Position numbers and translations under genes: made by a program
Shown: piece after piece, positions 39,922-50,252 of the stretch
How positions within the stretch are numbered: position 1 is the stretch's first letter
Layout: every line of letters starts with the position of its first letter
From: an uncultured delta proteobacterium
GTDB taxonomy: Bacteria; Desulfobacterota; Binatia; Binatales; Binataceae
NCBI GenBank assembly: GCA_963724765.1
Contig: CAVRVY010000001.1
Span: 320,001-384,000, forward strand
Direction: 5' to 3'
Length of the DNA stretch: 64,000 nucleotides
The notes under the pieces: model-generated
Database searches by the model: none
What the model was told of the DNA's origin: nothing
The model's input: only the letters and a program-made list of their open reading frames with translations

Positions 39922-40152
39922 CGCGTCATCTCCCGAAGAGGTTTCAACTGATCGGAGTTGAGCTCGAAATAAGCAAATCTCCCGGCTCTCTGGAAGCATT
40001 CGTAAATGAAATCCGTCGACCCAGCGTTTGTAATACGTTTGGTCTTGATGCAAGCCTGACTCTGCGTTCAAAATGCAGAGTCAGGCAACGGCCGCCGAAC
40101 CTAACTTTCCGAAGACAGCAGGACAGATGGGAAGCTCAAAAGGGGTTCAAAG

Positions 40153-41163
40153 ATGTCCAATCATTTTACTGGTTTGAGCCTCGGTCCTCCACTTGGGGAT
40201 CAAAGACTCGACTTATGCGATCTCTACGCGTTCCAGTCGCCGACGGATTCGACAAGGACCGTGCTCATCCTCAATGCAAATCCGAACGCAGACGCGCTTC
40301 ATCCCGACGCCATCTACCGCCTCAACATCGACAACGACGGAGATTGTTTGACTGACATCGCGATCAGTTACGTGTTCTCGACGCCGCAAAACGGCAAGCA
40401 GACAGTGAACGTCTTCGTGGCAAAAGCCGCGGAAGCCCACTCGGTCGAAGCTGTCGGGACGAAGATCATCGCCGACGCCGAGGTTTCCTTCAGCGCCAAA
40501 CCCAACATCGTCAAGTCCGGCGCCTACACATTCTTCGCCGGCAGCCGCAGCGACGCCTTCTTCTTCGACTTCGACGGAATCAAGAATCTGTTCGATATCC
40601 GGGGCAAACGGAACTTTACCGAGCCTCACCTGGGCAGCAAGTCTCCGTGGACCGGCGTCGATTCAAACACGGAAGCCAATGTGTTCTCGACAGTGATCGA
40701 GCTCCCGACGAGCGAGCTTGCCCCCAAGCCCGAGATCCACATCTGGGGGCGATGCAGTGTGCGCAAGGACGGCAAGCTGCTGCATGTCGATCGTGCCGGC
40801 CATCCGAGTGTAAGCAGCTTCTTCAACACCGACGACACCAAGTTGGAGTACAACGCCAGCGAGCCGGTGAACGATCGCAAGCGCTGGCTCGATCAGTTCG
40901 TCCATCTGATGGGGCATACGGGCAATTACACGCGTGAAGAAGCGATCGCCGCGATAGACAAGGAGCGCACACTGCCCGACGTGCTGAGTTTCGACCCTTC
41001 GAAGCCCGCGAAGTATCCCAACGGGCGCGTCTTCACAGACGACGTGATTGATTACCGTCTCGCGTTCCTGACGAAGGATCAATGTCCGCCAAGCGGCCTC
41101 AAGCCGCACACCGACATTCGCAAGGAATTCCCGTATATCGGCACGCCGCATTCAAAACCCTGA
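40153..41163 (+). CDS. DUF4331-family protein
   Basis: MSNHF, DLCDLYAF, IDNDGD, GSRSDAFFFD, DRAGHP and NGRVFTDD. Confidence 0.8.
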   Translation: MSNHFTGLSLGPPLGDQRLDLCDLYAFQSPTDSTRTVLILNANPNADALHPDAIYRLNIDNDGDCLTDIAISYVFSTPQNGKQTVNVFVAKAAEAHSVEAVGTKIIADAEVSFSAKPNIVKSGAYTFFAGSRSDAFFFDFDGIKNLFDIRGKRNFTEPHLGSKSPWTGVDSNTEANVFSTVIELPTSELAPKPEIHIWGRCSVRKDGKLLHVDRAGHPSVSSFFNTDDTKLEYNASEPVNDRKRWLDQFVHLMGHTGNYTREEAIAAIDKERTLPDVLSFDPSKPAKYPNGRVFTDDVIDYRLAFLTKDQCPPSGLKPHTDIRKEFPYIGTPHSKP

Positions 41164-41220
41164 CCCACTTGAGCGAATCGGGCAGGCCGCGAATGCGGTC
41201 GATGCCGAAATGGAGTCTCT

Positions 41221-42201
41221 ATGAAATGCAAAGCGATCGTGGTGCATCAGATCGGCGGGCCGGAAGTCCTGCGCTACGAGGACGTCGAAGTCCCCGCGCC
41301 AGGGCCGGGACAGGCGCTCGTGCGCCATCGCGCGATCGGCCTTAACTTCGTCGAGATCTATCTTCGCGCTGGCGTCTACCCCGCGCCTTCGATGCCATTT
41401 ACGCCTGGCAGCGAGGCTGCCGGCGTGGTCGAGGCGGTCGGCTCCGGCGTGAGCGAAGTCCGCGTCGGCGACCGGGTCGCATACGTGGGCGGTCCGCTCG
41501 GCTCGTATTCGGAGGCGCGGGTGATGCCTGCGCGGTTCCTGGTCAAGCTGCCGGACAAAATCGACGAAGCGACCGCCGCAGCGGCGATGCTCAAGGGGCT
41601 GACCGCCGAATACCTGATTCACTCGACCTACGTGGTAAAGCCCGGCGTCACTATCCTGCTGCATGCCGCTGCGGGCGGCACCGGCCTGATCCTCGCGCAA
41701 TGGGCGAAGCATCTCGGCGCGACCGTGATCGGCACCGTCGGCAGCGACGAGAAGGCCAAGCTCGCCGCCGCCCACGGCTGCGCTCACACGATCAACTATT
41801 CGCGCGAGGACTTCGTCGCGCGCGTGAAGGAAATCACCGGCGGAAAAAATGTCGCCGTGGTTTACGACTCGGTGGGGCAGACGACCTTCATGAAATCGCT
41901 CGATTGCCTGCAGCCGCGCGGCCTGATGGTGAGCTTCGGACAATCCTCGGGCATTGTGCCGCCCTTCAGCATCAACATCCTGAGCGGCAAGGGCTCGCTC
42001 TACCTCACGCGTCCGACGCTCGCCACTTACACGGCGCGGCGCGAGGACCTCGAGGCGGCGGCGCGGCGCCTGTTCGAGGTGCTGGCCAGCGGCGCGGTGC
42101 GCTGCGAGGTGAATCGGAGGTTCAAACTCGCCGACGCGGCCGAGGCCCATCGCGCGCTTGGCGATCGCGAGACCACCGGCTCGAGCATTTTGCTCCCGTA
42201 G
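41221..42201 (+). CDS. qor: NADPH:quinone oxidoreductase (zeta-crystallin family)
   Basis: GGPEVL, AIGLNF, HAAAGGTG, VYDSVG and KGSLYLTRP. Confidence 0.9.
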   Translation: MKCKAIVVHQIGGPEVLRYEDVEVPAPGPGQALVRHRAIGLNFVEIYLRAGVYPAPSMPFTPGSEAAGVVEAVGSGVSEVRVGDRVAYVGGPLGSYSEARVMPARFLVKLPDKIDEATAAAAMLKGLTAEYLIHSTYVVKPGVTILLHAAAGGTGLILAQWAKHLGATVIGTVGSDEKAKLAAAHGCAHTINYSREDFVARVKEITGGKNVAVVYDSVGQTTFMKSLDCLQPRGLMVSFGQSSGIVPPFSINILSGKGSLYLTRPTLATYTARREDLEAAARRLFEVLASGAVRCEVNRRFKLADAAEAHRALGDRETTGSSILLP

Positions 42202-42292
42202 CCGTCCGCTATATGGTTGACTTTAATACGGTCGACCCGGGATGCGCCCGGCTTCGGTTGACCGGAGAAGGCAGGGGACTTTTAATCGCGAC

Positions 42293-43702
42293 ATGACTGG
42301 AATCGTTTCATACGGATCGTACATCCCATACCGCCGGCTCAAGCGTGCGGCGATCGCGGAGGTGCTCGGCCTCCCCGCAGGCAAGGGCGAGCGCTCGGTG
42401 GCAAGCTTCGACGAAGACAGCGTCTCGATGGCGGCCGAGGCGGCGCGCGACGCGCTGCGCGCGGTCGGGGCGGAGAAAGTGCGGACGCTGCTGTTTGCCA
42501 CCTCGACGCCGCCCTACGCCGAGAAGCTCAACGCCGCGATCGTCGGCGCAGCCGCGCAATTGCCGGCCGAGAGCCGCGCGGCCGACTTGACCGGCTCGGT
42601 GCGCGCCGGGCTTTCCGCGCTACTGCAAGCGGCCGACGCAGCGGCCGGCGGCGGCCTTGCGCTGGCCGCGATGTCCGATTGCCGGCTGGGAGCGCCCGAG
42701 GGCCGCCTCGAGCAGGCGGGCGGCGACGGCGCGGCGGCGTTCGTGATGGGAAGTGGCGACGACGTGATAGCGGAAATCGTCGCCAGCGCCTCATTCACGC
42801 GCGAGTTTCTCGACACCTGGCGGATGCCCGAGGAGCGCTTCGGTCATTCATGGGAGGAGCGCTTCGCGCTCACCCAGGCTTACGTGCCGCTGCTAGGCAA
42901 GGCAATTCAGTCAGTGCTGGAAAAGGCCGGCGTGGCTCCAGCGGCGCTCGCCCGCGTGATCCTCGATTCGCCCAATCCGCGCGCGGCAGAGGAGATCGTG
43001 CGCGGGATGAAGCTCGACCCGGCGAAGTTGTCCGATACGCTCGCGCTCACGGTCGGACAGACCGGCGCTGCGCATGCGGGGCTGCTGCTGACGGCCGCGC
43101 TGCCGTCGCTCAAGCCGGGCGACCTGGTATTGATGGCCGCGGTGGCCGACGGCGCAGACGCGATCGTGTTGCGCATTACGCCGGCGGCGGCGAAGTTTCG
43201 GCCGACTCATTCAGTCGGCCGCATGATCGAATCCAAGGGCGACGTAACTTACGGCAATTACCTGAAGTGGCGGCAAATCCTGCCCACCGAGCCGCCGCGG
43301 CGGCCTGACCCGGAGCGCCCGGCGGCGCCGCCGATGATGCGCTCGGAGAAATGGAAGTTTGGGCTAATCGGCTCGCGATGCACCGCGTGCGGAACGCCGC
43401 AGCTTCCGCCGCAACTGGTATGTGTCAAATGCCACGTGCGCGGTAAGATGGAGCCGTACGCGTTTGCCGACCGTACCGGGCGAATCGCGACCTACGCGGT
43501 GGACCGTCTTGCCTACTCGCTCAACCCGCCGACCGTCAACGCGGTGGTAGATTACGAGGGCGGCGGCCGGTTCCTGTGCGAGATGACGGATTGCGAACCC
43601 GAACGCGTCGCGATCGGTGACGAAGTGGAAATGACTTTTCGCCGGCTCTTTACCGCCGACGGCGTGCACAACTATTTCTGGAAGGCGCGACCCAAGCGCT
43701 AG
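42293..43702 (+). CDS. HMG-CoA-synthase-like domain fused to a DUF35 Zn-ribbon/OB-fold
   Basis: GIVSYGSYIPYRRL, DEDSVSMA, GGDGAAA, CTAC...CVKC and VEMTFRRL...NYFWK. Confidence 0.85.
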   Translation: MTGIVSYGSYIPYRRLKRAAIAEVLGLPAGKGERSVASFDEDSVSMAAEAARDALRAVGAEKVRTLLFATSTPPYAEKLNAAIVGAAAQLPAESRAADLTGSVRAGLSALLQAADAAAGGGLALAAMSDCRLGAPEGRLEQAGGDGAAAFVMGSGDDVIAEIVASASFTREFLDTWRMPEERFGHSWEERFALTQAYVPLLGKAIQSVLEKAGVAPAALARVILDSPNPRAAEEIVRGMKLDPAKLSDTLALTVGQTGAAHAGLLLTAALPSLKPGDLVLMAAVADGADAIVLRITPAAAKFRPTHSVGRMIESKGDVTYGNYLKWRQILPTEPPRRPDPERPAAPPMMRSEKWKFGLIGSRCTACGTPQLPPQLVCVKCHVRGKMEPYAFADRTGRIATYAVDRLAYSLNPPTVNAVVDYEGGGRFLCEMTDCEPERVAIGDEVEMTFRRLFTADGVHNYFWKARPKR

Positions 43703-43731
43703 GCAACGGCCGGGGCCAAGGAGAATTTTTG

Positions 43732-44916
43732 ATGGCAAGCAAGGGAATCAGGGATCGCGTCGCGATCATCGGGATGGGGTGCACCAAGTTCGGCGAGCAC
43801 TGGGACAAGGGCGCGGAAGACCTGCTGGTCGACGCCGCCTACCAGGCCTACGAGTCGGCGGGTATCGGTCCCGACGACGTCGACGCGTACTGGCTCGGCA
43901 CGATGGGCTCGGGAATCTCGGGACTCACGCTCTCGGAGCCGCTGAAGATTCAATACAAGCCGGTGACTCGGGTCGAGAACATGTGCGCCACCGGATCAGA
44001 GGCGCTGCGGCAGGCCTGCTATGCAGTCGCGTGCGGCGCGTTCGACGTGGCGATGGCGATCGGTGTCGAGAAGCTCAAGGACTCGGGCTTCTCGGGATTG
44101 GTCGTGACCAATCCGCCCAACGACGGGACCCCGGCCAGCATGACGCCGCCGGCGCTGTTCTCGCTGCTCGCGCCCGCCTACTTCAAAAAGTACGGACTCG
44201 ACCCGGACAAGGGCAAGGACGTGCTCTCGCGCATCGCCTGGAAGAACCATCGCAACGGCGCGCGCAATCCCAAGGCGCAGTTCCAGAAGGAAGTGCCGAT
44301 CGAGGCGATTAAGAACTCGCCCAAGATTGCCGACCCGCTCGGCATCATGGATTGCTCCGGCGTCTCCGACGGATCGGCCGCCGCGATCGTGGTCCGCGCC
44401 GAAGACGCGCACAAATACTGCAAAAATCCGATTTACATCAAGGCGCTGTCGTTCGTGGCCGGACCGGCCGAGGGCCCGCTCTCGCAGGAATACGATTTCA
44501 CCTCATTTCCCGAAGTCGTCGCTTCCGCGCGTGACGCCTATGCCCAGGCCGGCATCACCAATGCACGCGAGCAGATTAGTCTCGCCGAGGTCCACGACTG
44601 CTTCACCCCGACCGAGCTCGTGCTGTGCGAAGACTTGGGATTCAGCCCGCGCGGCACGGCATGGCAGGACGTAATGGAAGGCTTCTTCGACCTCGACGGG
44701 CGGTTGCCGGTCAACCCTGACGGCGGCCTCAAGTCGTTCGGCCATCCGATTGGCGCCTCGGGGCTGCGCATGATGTATGAGATGTGGCTGCAGCTTCGCG
44801 GCGAGGCGGCACAGCGCCAGGTCAAGGATCCGAAACTCGGGCTGACGCACAACCTGGGTGGTCAGCCGGGGCGCTGCGTGAGCTTCGTATCGGTGGTGGG
44901 TAACTCGATGGGTTAG
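43732..44916 (+). CDS. Acetyl-CoA acetyltransferase (SCP2-type thiolase)
   Basis: VENMCATG, SDGSAA, EVHDCFT, GHPIGASG and HNLGG. Confidence 0.92.
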   Translation: MASKGIRDRVAIIGMGCTKFGEHWDKGAEDLLVDAAYQAYESAGIGPDDVDAYWLGTMGSGISGLTLSEPLKIQYKPVTRVENMCATGSEALRQACYAVACGAFDVAMAIGVEKLKDSGFSGLVVTNPPNDGTPASMTPPALFSLLAPAYFKKYGLDPDKGKDVLSRIAWKNHRNGARNPKAQFQKEVPIEAIKNSPKIADPLGIMDCSGVSDGSAAAIVVRAEDAHKYCKNPIYIKALSFVAGPAEGPLSQEYDFTSFPEVVASARDAYAQAGITNAREQISLAEVHDCFTPTELVLCEDLGFSPRGTAWQDVMEGFFDLDGRLPVNPDGGLKSFGHPIGASGLRMMYEMWLQLRGEAAQRQVKDPKLGLTHNLGGQPGRCVSFVSVVGNSMG

Positions 44917-44970
44917 GGCGGTTGCGCCCGGCGCACCGTCGCGCACCGGGCAAGGGTTCGGGTTTCAGCC

Positions 44971-45005
44971 AAAGGCCTCGCACGCGATTGCGTGCGGGGC
45001 TTTTT
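44971..45005 (+). terminator. Rho-independent terminator
   Basis: GCCTCGCACGC-GATT-GCGTGCGGGGC stem followed by TTTTT. Confidence 0.8.
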
Positions 45006-45163
45006 GATGGGATTTCCGCCTGAAGCGGGGAGTCAAAGGCGCGCTGCGCTCAATAACGCTCAAGTTGGCTGTTCTCTGCGATTGCGCAACGTTGGGTTGC
45101 GCTTTTGCCACGTTGGCTCAATAGAGGCAATCTAAAGCGCTTAATTGCTGTTGGAAAATCAAT

Positions 45164-45178
45164 CGGCACACTAAGTGC
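45164..45178 (+). promoter_or_regulatory. Probable sigma54 promoter
   Basis: CGGCACACTAAGTGC (GG-N10-GC) with an AT-rich upstream tract. Confidence 0.5.
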
Positions 45179-45257
45179 TTCTTTAGCCGTCGAGGACGAG
45201 GTTTTGGCAGTCGACGGATAGCCCGCTCCACTTGCCTAACTCCGAGGGAATACACCG

Positions 45258-45770
45258 ATGCTCAGCCATGCTACCGAGAACCGCGAAACCCACGACGCCA
45301 TCGAACGCTATGTGATAGCCGCGATTGTCGACGCTCGCGAAGTCTACACCGACCAGAAATGGCTCACTTGGGCCGATCACTGGATAGCCGGCCGCGATCG
45401 CAGCTTCGCGTCGGCCCGCATTGCGCATCGGATGGCGCGTCAGGCCTGCGATCGCGAGTTGGCAGAGAAAGCAAATTGTGCGCATGACTGCGCGGAGAAC
45501 GGCGAGACGGAAGACGGCCCTATCGAAACGCCGGCCGAGATGGCCGCATGGGCCGCCGGACTCGCGCTGGTCACGGCGCCGGTGGCGCCGGACCTGACCG
45601 CGGGGATTCGGCGGATGGAGTTCGCCCTGCGCACGAGACTCGCGAGCACTCGGAGGACCGAGGCTGCCAGGTCGATACGTCCGTCGTTGGCCGGCCGCGC
45701 GGTTGCGCTCGCGCGACGCGCCGCGTCGATGCTGTTGCCGTCGGAGGTTCCGCAGACCGCACGGTCATAG
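45258..45770 (+). CDS. Hypothetical protein
   Basis: GAGGG RBS; WLTWADHWIAGRDRS segment; Ala-rich helices. Confidence 0.6.
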   Translation: MLSHATENRETHDAIERYVIAAIVDAREVYTDQKWLTWADHWIAGRDRSFASARIAHRMARQACDRELAEKANCAHDCAENGETEDGPIETPAEMAAWAAGLALVTAPVAPDLTAGIRRMEFALRTRLASTRRTEAARSIRPSLAGRAVALARRAASMLLPSEVPQTARS

Positions 45771-46074
45771 TCGAGCAGTTCGGTGGTTCGGTTGTTCGGC
45801 GCTCGCGTGGCTCGGCGCGCGACGATCGGATGCGATAGAGCGGCATGCGTGCAAGCCGCGCCGCGCCGCAAACGAACTTTGTAACCTGAGAAACCGAGTA
45901 ACGCACTGGTCGGTCATTGTGCGCGACGCCGCGTGCGGAATCGCCTTGACTTCGACATCCTCTCAGATATAGAAGCAGACCCAACCGGCTAGTACCCCGC
46001 ACTTAAGCCCGCAGGCTTCGCGAGCTTCTCTGTCCGAGCGCTTCCGGCGAGTAATAGAGGAGAGCACAGAATAG

Positions 46075-46410
46075 ATGCCCGCAAAGCTGTACGTCGGCAA
46101 CTTGGCGTTTTCCGTGACTAACGAGGATCTGGAAGCGCTGTTCGGACAGATTGGTAAGGTCGACAGTGTCGCCGTTGTAACTGACAAGTTCTCCGGTCAA
46201 TCGCGCGGCTTCGGTTTCGTGCAGATGGCTGATTCCAATGAAGCGGCTCGTGCGATCTCAGAGCTCAACGGCACCGAGGTCAAGGGCCGCAGCATCAAAG
46301 TGAACGAGGCGCGCGAGCAGGGGCCTCGTCCCAGCGGCGGCGGTGGCGGACGGGGCGATCGCGGTGGCCGCGGCGGCAGTGGTGGCGGCGGCGGCGGTCG
46401 GCGCTGGTAG
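46075..46410 (+). CDS. RRM RNA-binding protein with Gly-rich tail
   Basis: RNP2 LYVGNL, RNP1 RGFGFV and VNEAR. Confidence 0.95.
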   Translation: MPAKLYVGNLAFSVTNEDLEALFGQIGKVDSVAVVTDKFSGQSRGFGFVQMADSNEAARAISELNGTEVKGRSIKVNEAREQGPRPSGGGGGRGDRGGRGGSGGGGGGRRW

Positions 46411-46562
46411 CAAGTTAGGCATCGATCGAACCCCGGCGGGTGACAGTGCCCGCTTCGATTTGAACGCGGCCATGCCGCGCGGCTTGTGAATCGAACCGCG
46501 CGGCAGCGCCGCGACCGGCTTAGCACTTCTGCCAGGGCATCGTCAAAATTTCAGGCGAAATT

Positions 46563-48383
46563 TCAAGTCTGAGGATCGTCGCGCGAGTTCTGCTCGCTCG
46601 CGTGGCGAGAATTCCCGTTGGTGCCGGCTGACGATGCCTGCGTCCAGCGCTTCAGCGTGGCGTCAAGGTCGTCCAGGTCTACCGGTTTGGTAATGTAACC
46701 GTCCATCCCGGCGGCCTGGCACTTCTCACGTGCGCCGCTTAAGGCGTGAGCAGTCATCGCGATGACGATGGTCCGGTGTGCCGAGCCTGCCTCGCGCCGG
46801 CGAATTTCAGCGGTCGCCTCGTAACCATCCATCCCCGGCATCTGACAATCCATCAGGACGATCGGATAAGGCTTGAGCGCAAGCGCGTCGAGCGCCTCCT
46901 GACCGTCGTTCACCACGTCGGCCGCGAAGCCCAGCACGTTAAGTTGACTTTGCGCGAGTTTCTGATTGACCGGGTTATCTTCGGCCACGAGGACCGTAAT
47001 CGCTGGCGGCTTGCCGTTTCCGCCGACGGAACTGCCGGCGTGCGCAAGGTCCTCCGCTTTTTGGCGGATGGTCTTGGCCAGGTGCGCGGTGAAGCGGAAG
47101 GTCGAGCCGCAGCGCAACTCGCTCTCCACCTCGATTTGACCGCCCATCTCGCGGACCAAGTGTGCCGCGATCGCGAGGCCCAATCCCGAGCCGCCGTAGT
47201 TGCGGCTGGTCGAGCCGTTAACTTGCGTGAACGGCTGGAAGATTGCGCTTTGCTGATCGGCCGCGATTCCGATGCCGGTATCGCTTACCTCGAACGACAA
47301 AGTTACCTCGTTCGCCGACTCGTCGAGTTGGCCGGCACGCATCACGATTTCGCCCTGGTTGGAAAACTTGATCGCGTTGCTGACCAGGTTGCTCAGGATT
47401 TGCTCGAGACGGTGTGAGTCCCCCGCCACGAGATGCGGCAGCCCCTGCTCGAGTTCGAGCGTCAACTTGATGCCGCGCTTTTGCGCCTGCCGGACGAACT
47501 GCGCCGCCACACGTTCCATCGCATCGTGAGGGTCAAACGTATCTTCCTCGAGGACGAACTGGCCCTGGGACAGGTTGGAGAAGTCCAGCACGTCGTCCAC
47601 GATCACGCATAAGGCTTGGCCGCTCGCACGCACCGCCTCGGCGTACTCGCGCTGCTCCGCGGTGAGTCCGGCGTCCAGCAACAGCCGGGTCATCCCAACG
47701 ATGCCATTGAGCGGCGTGAGAATTTCATGGCTCATGTTGTCGAGGAACTCGGAGCGCAGCCGTGCGGCCTCCAGCGCCAGGTCGCGCGCGCGAGCCATCT
47801 CTTCTTCGGCGAGGTGGCGCAGGGTTACGTCGCGGTAGACAACCAGCCCGCCCCTCAAGCTGCCGTCCTGATCGATCGCCGGCCGGGCCGAGGCTTCGAG
47901 CCACAGATCGTGAGCCAGTGCAGGGGCGCTCAAAAGCACCAGCATGTCATCGATCGATTCGCCGCGCACCGCTCGCGCCAGCGGCCATTGCTCAATCGGC
48001 ATAGGTGGGGCGCCGGCGGCAGTCCGCAGTGCGAACCCGCCGGCCATCTGATCGAGGACGGAATGCCCGCAATCCGTCCCGGCGATTGTACTGGCGGCTC
48101 GACTGACGTGCGTGAATCGAAGGTCAAGGTCGCAAACGATCACCCCGTCCGCCACAGTGTCGAAGATCGACTGCATCAGCTGCGACTGGCGGCGCAACTC
48201 CTCGGTTTGCTCGAGGACCTGGCGCGCCAGCCGCTTATTGACCTCATGCAGCTCGGCCCCGGCCGCGCCCTGATTTGCGATGAAGGTGTCGCGCCGTCGT
48301 AAAGCCCATTCGCCTACGACGAAGACGAAACAAACCGCCACAATTGCCGTCACTCCGCCCACCGCAATCACCACCATCTCCAT
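46563..48383 (-). CDS. Membrane hybrid sensor kinase (TM-PAS-HisKA-HATPase-REC)
   Basis: MSHEILTP, NAIKFS, DTGIG, GSGLGL, AEDNPVN and LMDCQMP. Confidence 0.9.
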   Translation of the reverse strand: MEMVVIAVGGVTAIVAVCFVFVVGEWALRRRDTFIANQGAAGAELHEVNKRLARQVLEQTEELRRQSQLMQSIFDTVADGVIVCDLDLRFTHVSRAASTIAGTDCGHSVLDQMAGGFALRTAAGAPPMPIEQWPLARAVRGESIDDMLVLLSAPALAHDLWLEASARPAIDQDGSLRGGLVVYRDVTLRHLAEEEMARARDLALEAARLRSEFLDNMSHEILTPLNGIVGMTRLLLDAGLTAEQREYAEAVRASGQALCVIVDDVLDFSNLSQGQFVLEEDTFDPHDAMERVAAQFVRQAQKRGIKLTLELEQGLPHLVAGDSHRLEQILSNLVSNAIKFSNQGEIVMRAGQLDESANEVTLSFEVSDTGIGIAADQQSAIFQPFTQVNGSTSRNYGGSGLGLAIAAHLVREMGGQIEVESELRCGSTFRFTAHLAKTIRQKAEDLAHAGSSVGGNGKPPAITVLVAEDNPVNQKLAQSQLNVLGFAADVVNDGQEALDALALKPYPIVLMDCQMPGMDGYEATAEIRRREAGSAHRTIVIAMTAHALSGAREKCQAAGMDGYITKPVDLDDLDATLKRWTQASSAGTNGNSRHASEQNSRDDPQT

Positions 48384-48434
48384 CCGGTACGTCGCGCGTT
48401 TGTCACAAAGGTTACCAATGGCTCGATGGAATGA

Positions 48435-48450
48435 GCATCGGACGTGCCAA
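48435..48450 (-). promoter_or_regulatory. Sigma54 -24/-12 promoter
   Basis: Minus strand reads TTGGCACGTCCGATGC. Confidence 0.65.
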
Positions 48451-48596
48451 TGCGTGACAGAGCAGTCTGGTGGCGGCGATCGTCTACGCAACTAGGAGGC
48501 GCGAAAGCGAGAATGATACAGGGTGTCTCGTTCGCGAGACCGCCTGCGTCCCGAAATGAGAGCCGAGGCGATCCATTGCCGCCGCGAGCTCGGGAA

Positions 48597-49646
48597 TTAG
48601 AACAGAATCAGTGGCTTGATGATCCCGTCGAGCTTGCGCTCCATCATCTCGAACGCCCGCTCCAACTCGTCAAAGCGAAAGGTATGCGTGGTAAGGCGCG
48701 TCGGATCGATCCGGCCGCCCTGGAGTAGGCGCAACAACCGTTCCATCCGCAGCCGGCCGCCGGGGCACAGCCCCGTGCGAATCGTCTTCTCCGCCATCCC
48801 CACGCCCCACTCTATGCGCGGGATGTGCACGAATTCGCCCTTGCCATGATAGCCGGCGTTGGAGATGGTGCCGCCCGCTTTGGTGACCCGGATCGCGTTC
48901 TGAAAGGAGAGATCGCCGCCCAGCGCTTCGATGGCCGAATCGACGCCCTCGCCGCCGGTCAAATCCATGATGCGTGCGACGACGTCTTCCTTCTCGAAGT
49001 CCACCGTCAGGTCAGCGCCATAGGAGCGCGCGAGTTCCTGGCGGCGCGCCACCGAGTCGACACCGATGATCAGTCCTGCGCCCAGCATTCGCGCGCCCGC
49101 CACCGCCATCAGTCCGACCGGGCCAAGCGCGAACACCGCGACGGCGCCGCCGGGAGGGATGTTGGCATTCTCGGCCGCCATCATTCCCGTCGAGATCATG
49201 TCGCAGCAGTAGACCGCGGCGTCGTCGGCGACGGCGGAAGGGATGTGCGCCATATTGGCGTCGGCCTCGTTGACGTGGAAGTACTCGGCGAACACGCCGT
49301 CCTTGATATTGGCGAATTTCCATCCGCCCAGCGCGCCGCCGGATTGCGAGGAGTGTCCCGCCTGCGAGGCGGCGTCGCCCCACTCGGGCGTAATCGCGCC
49401 GACCAGGACGTGATCGCCCGGCTTGAAGCGCTTGACCGTGGCCCCGACCTGGTGGACGATGCCGACCGCCTCGTGGCCCAGGGTGAGGTTGTCGCGCGGC
49501 CCGATTGCGCCGTTCACCGTGTGCACGTCGGAGGTGCAGATGAGGGCCTTGGTGGTCTTGACGACGGCGTCACCCGGCCCGGGAGTGGGAATCGGTTTAT
49601 CGGCGAATCCGACCTTGCCAATCCCTTTCATCACGAAGGCTCGCAT
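48597..49646 (-). CDS. Zn-dependent secondary alcohol dehydrogenase (TbADH-like)
   Basis: ICTSDVH, GHE and DMISTG Zn ligands; LCPGGRLRM. The Asp in GVDS suggests NAD preference. Confidence 0.9.
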   Translation of the reverse strand: MRAFVMKGIGKVGFADKPIPTPGPGDAVVKTTKALICTSDVHTVNGAIGPRDNLTLGHEAVGIVHQVGATVKRFKPGDHVLVGAITPEWGDAASQAGHSSQSGGALGGWKFANIKDGVFAEYFHVNEADANMAHIPSAVADDAAVYCCDMISTGMMAAENANIPPGGAVAVFALGPVGLMAVAGARMLGAGLIIGVDSVARRQELARSYGADLTVDFEKEDVVARIMDLTGGEGVDSAIEALGGDLSFQNAIRVTKAGGTISNAGYHGKGEFVHIPRIEWGVGMAEKTIRTGLCPGGRLRMERLLRLLQGGRIDPTRLTTHTFRFDELERAFEMMERKLDGIIKPLILF

Positions 49647-49865
49647 CGCGGTTGACCTCCAGTTACGTAGCGGCAGTTACGCAGTGCAGGTACGCAATGT
49701 CAGATGCGCGTGTCAGCCAGGGAATGTCAAGTACGTAATAGCAATGTCAATAATGCGATATCGTAGATATCGTTGCGAGATGTGTCCTTGTCGGCGCGCC
49801 GCTGATTCTACATCGAACCCGCGCGCGAAGCGCGCGGCGGATCGTCGATGCCTCGAGCGCCGAGC

Positions 49866-50252
49866 TCAGGATGCGCGCCACGGCGGCTCGCTCTTGCCGC
49901 CGGCGATAGTGCGCAAGCGCGAGCGCCGCGCCGCGTCGAGGCTCAGTGCCGCACCTGCTCCGCGCCGTCCCGCCGGCGGCGCCGGCGTAGCGCTCGCGCC
50001 GCCATTCGCACGCGTCGGCGATTGCCAGCGCCGCCCTGGCGCGGTCGAGCGTGGTGCACGAACTCGCGAACGATCGAAGGCGACCAACATCAGCGCCGTG
50101 AACCAGCAGGTCACGATAACCGCGGCGCTGGTGTAGGCCGCCCCGTAAAAGCCGCCCAGGATCGACCCGATCACCGCGCCCATCGCAAACACCGCAAAGT
50201 GCCACGGGGTTAACCATCTGCGGCCGTCGTCGTTGACCTTCCGCGTTTTCAT
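49866..50252 (-). CDS. Hypothetical membrane protein (2 TM helices)
   Basis: Two hydrophobic segments followed by an Arg-rich tail. Confidence 0.55.
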   Translation of the reverse strand: MKTRKVNDDGRRWLTPWHFAVFAMGAVIGSILGGFYGAAYTSAAVIVTCWFTALMLVAFDRSRVRAPRSTAPGRRWQSPTRANGGASATPAPPAGRRGAGAALSLDAARRSRLRTIAGGKSEPPWRAS

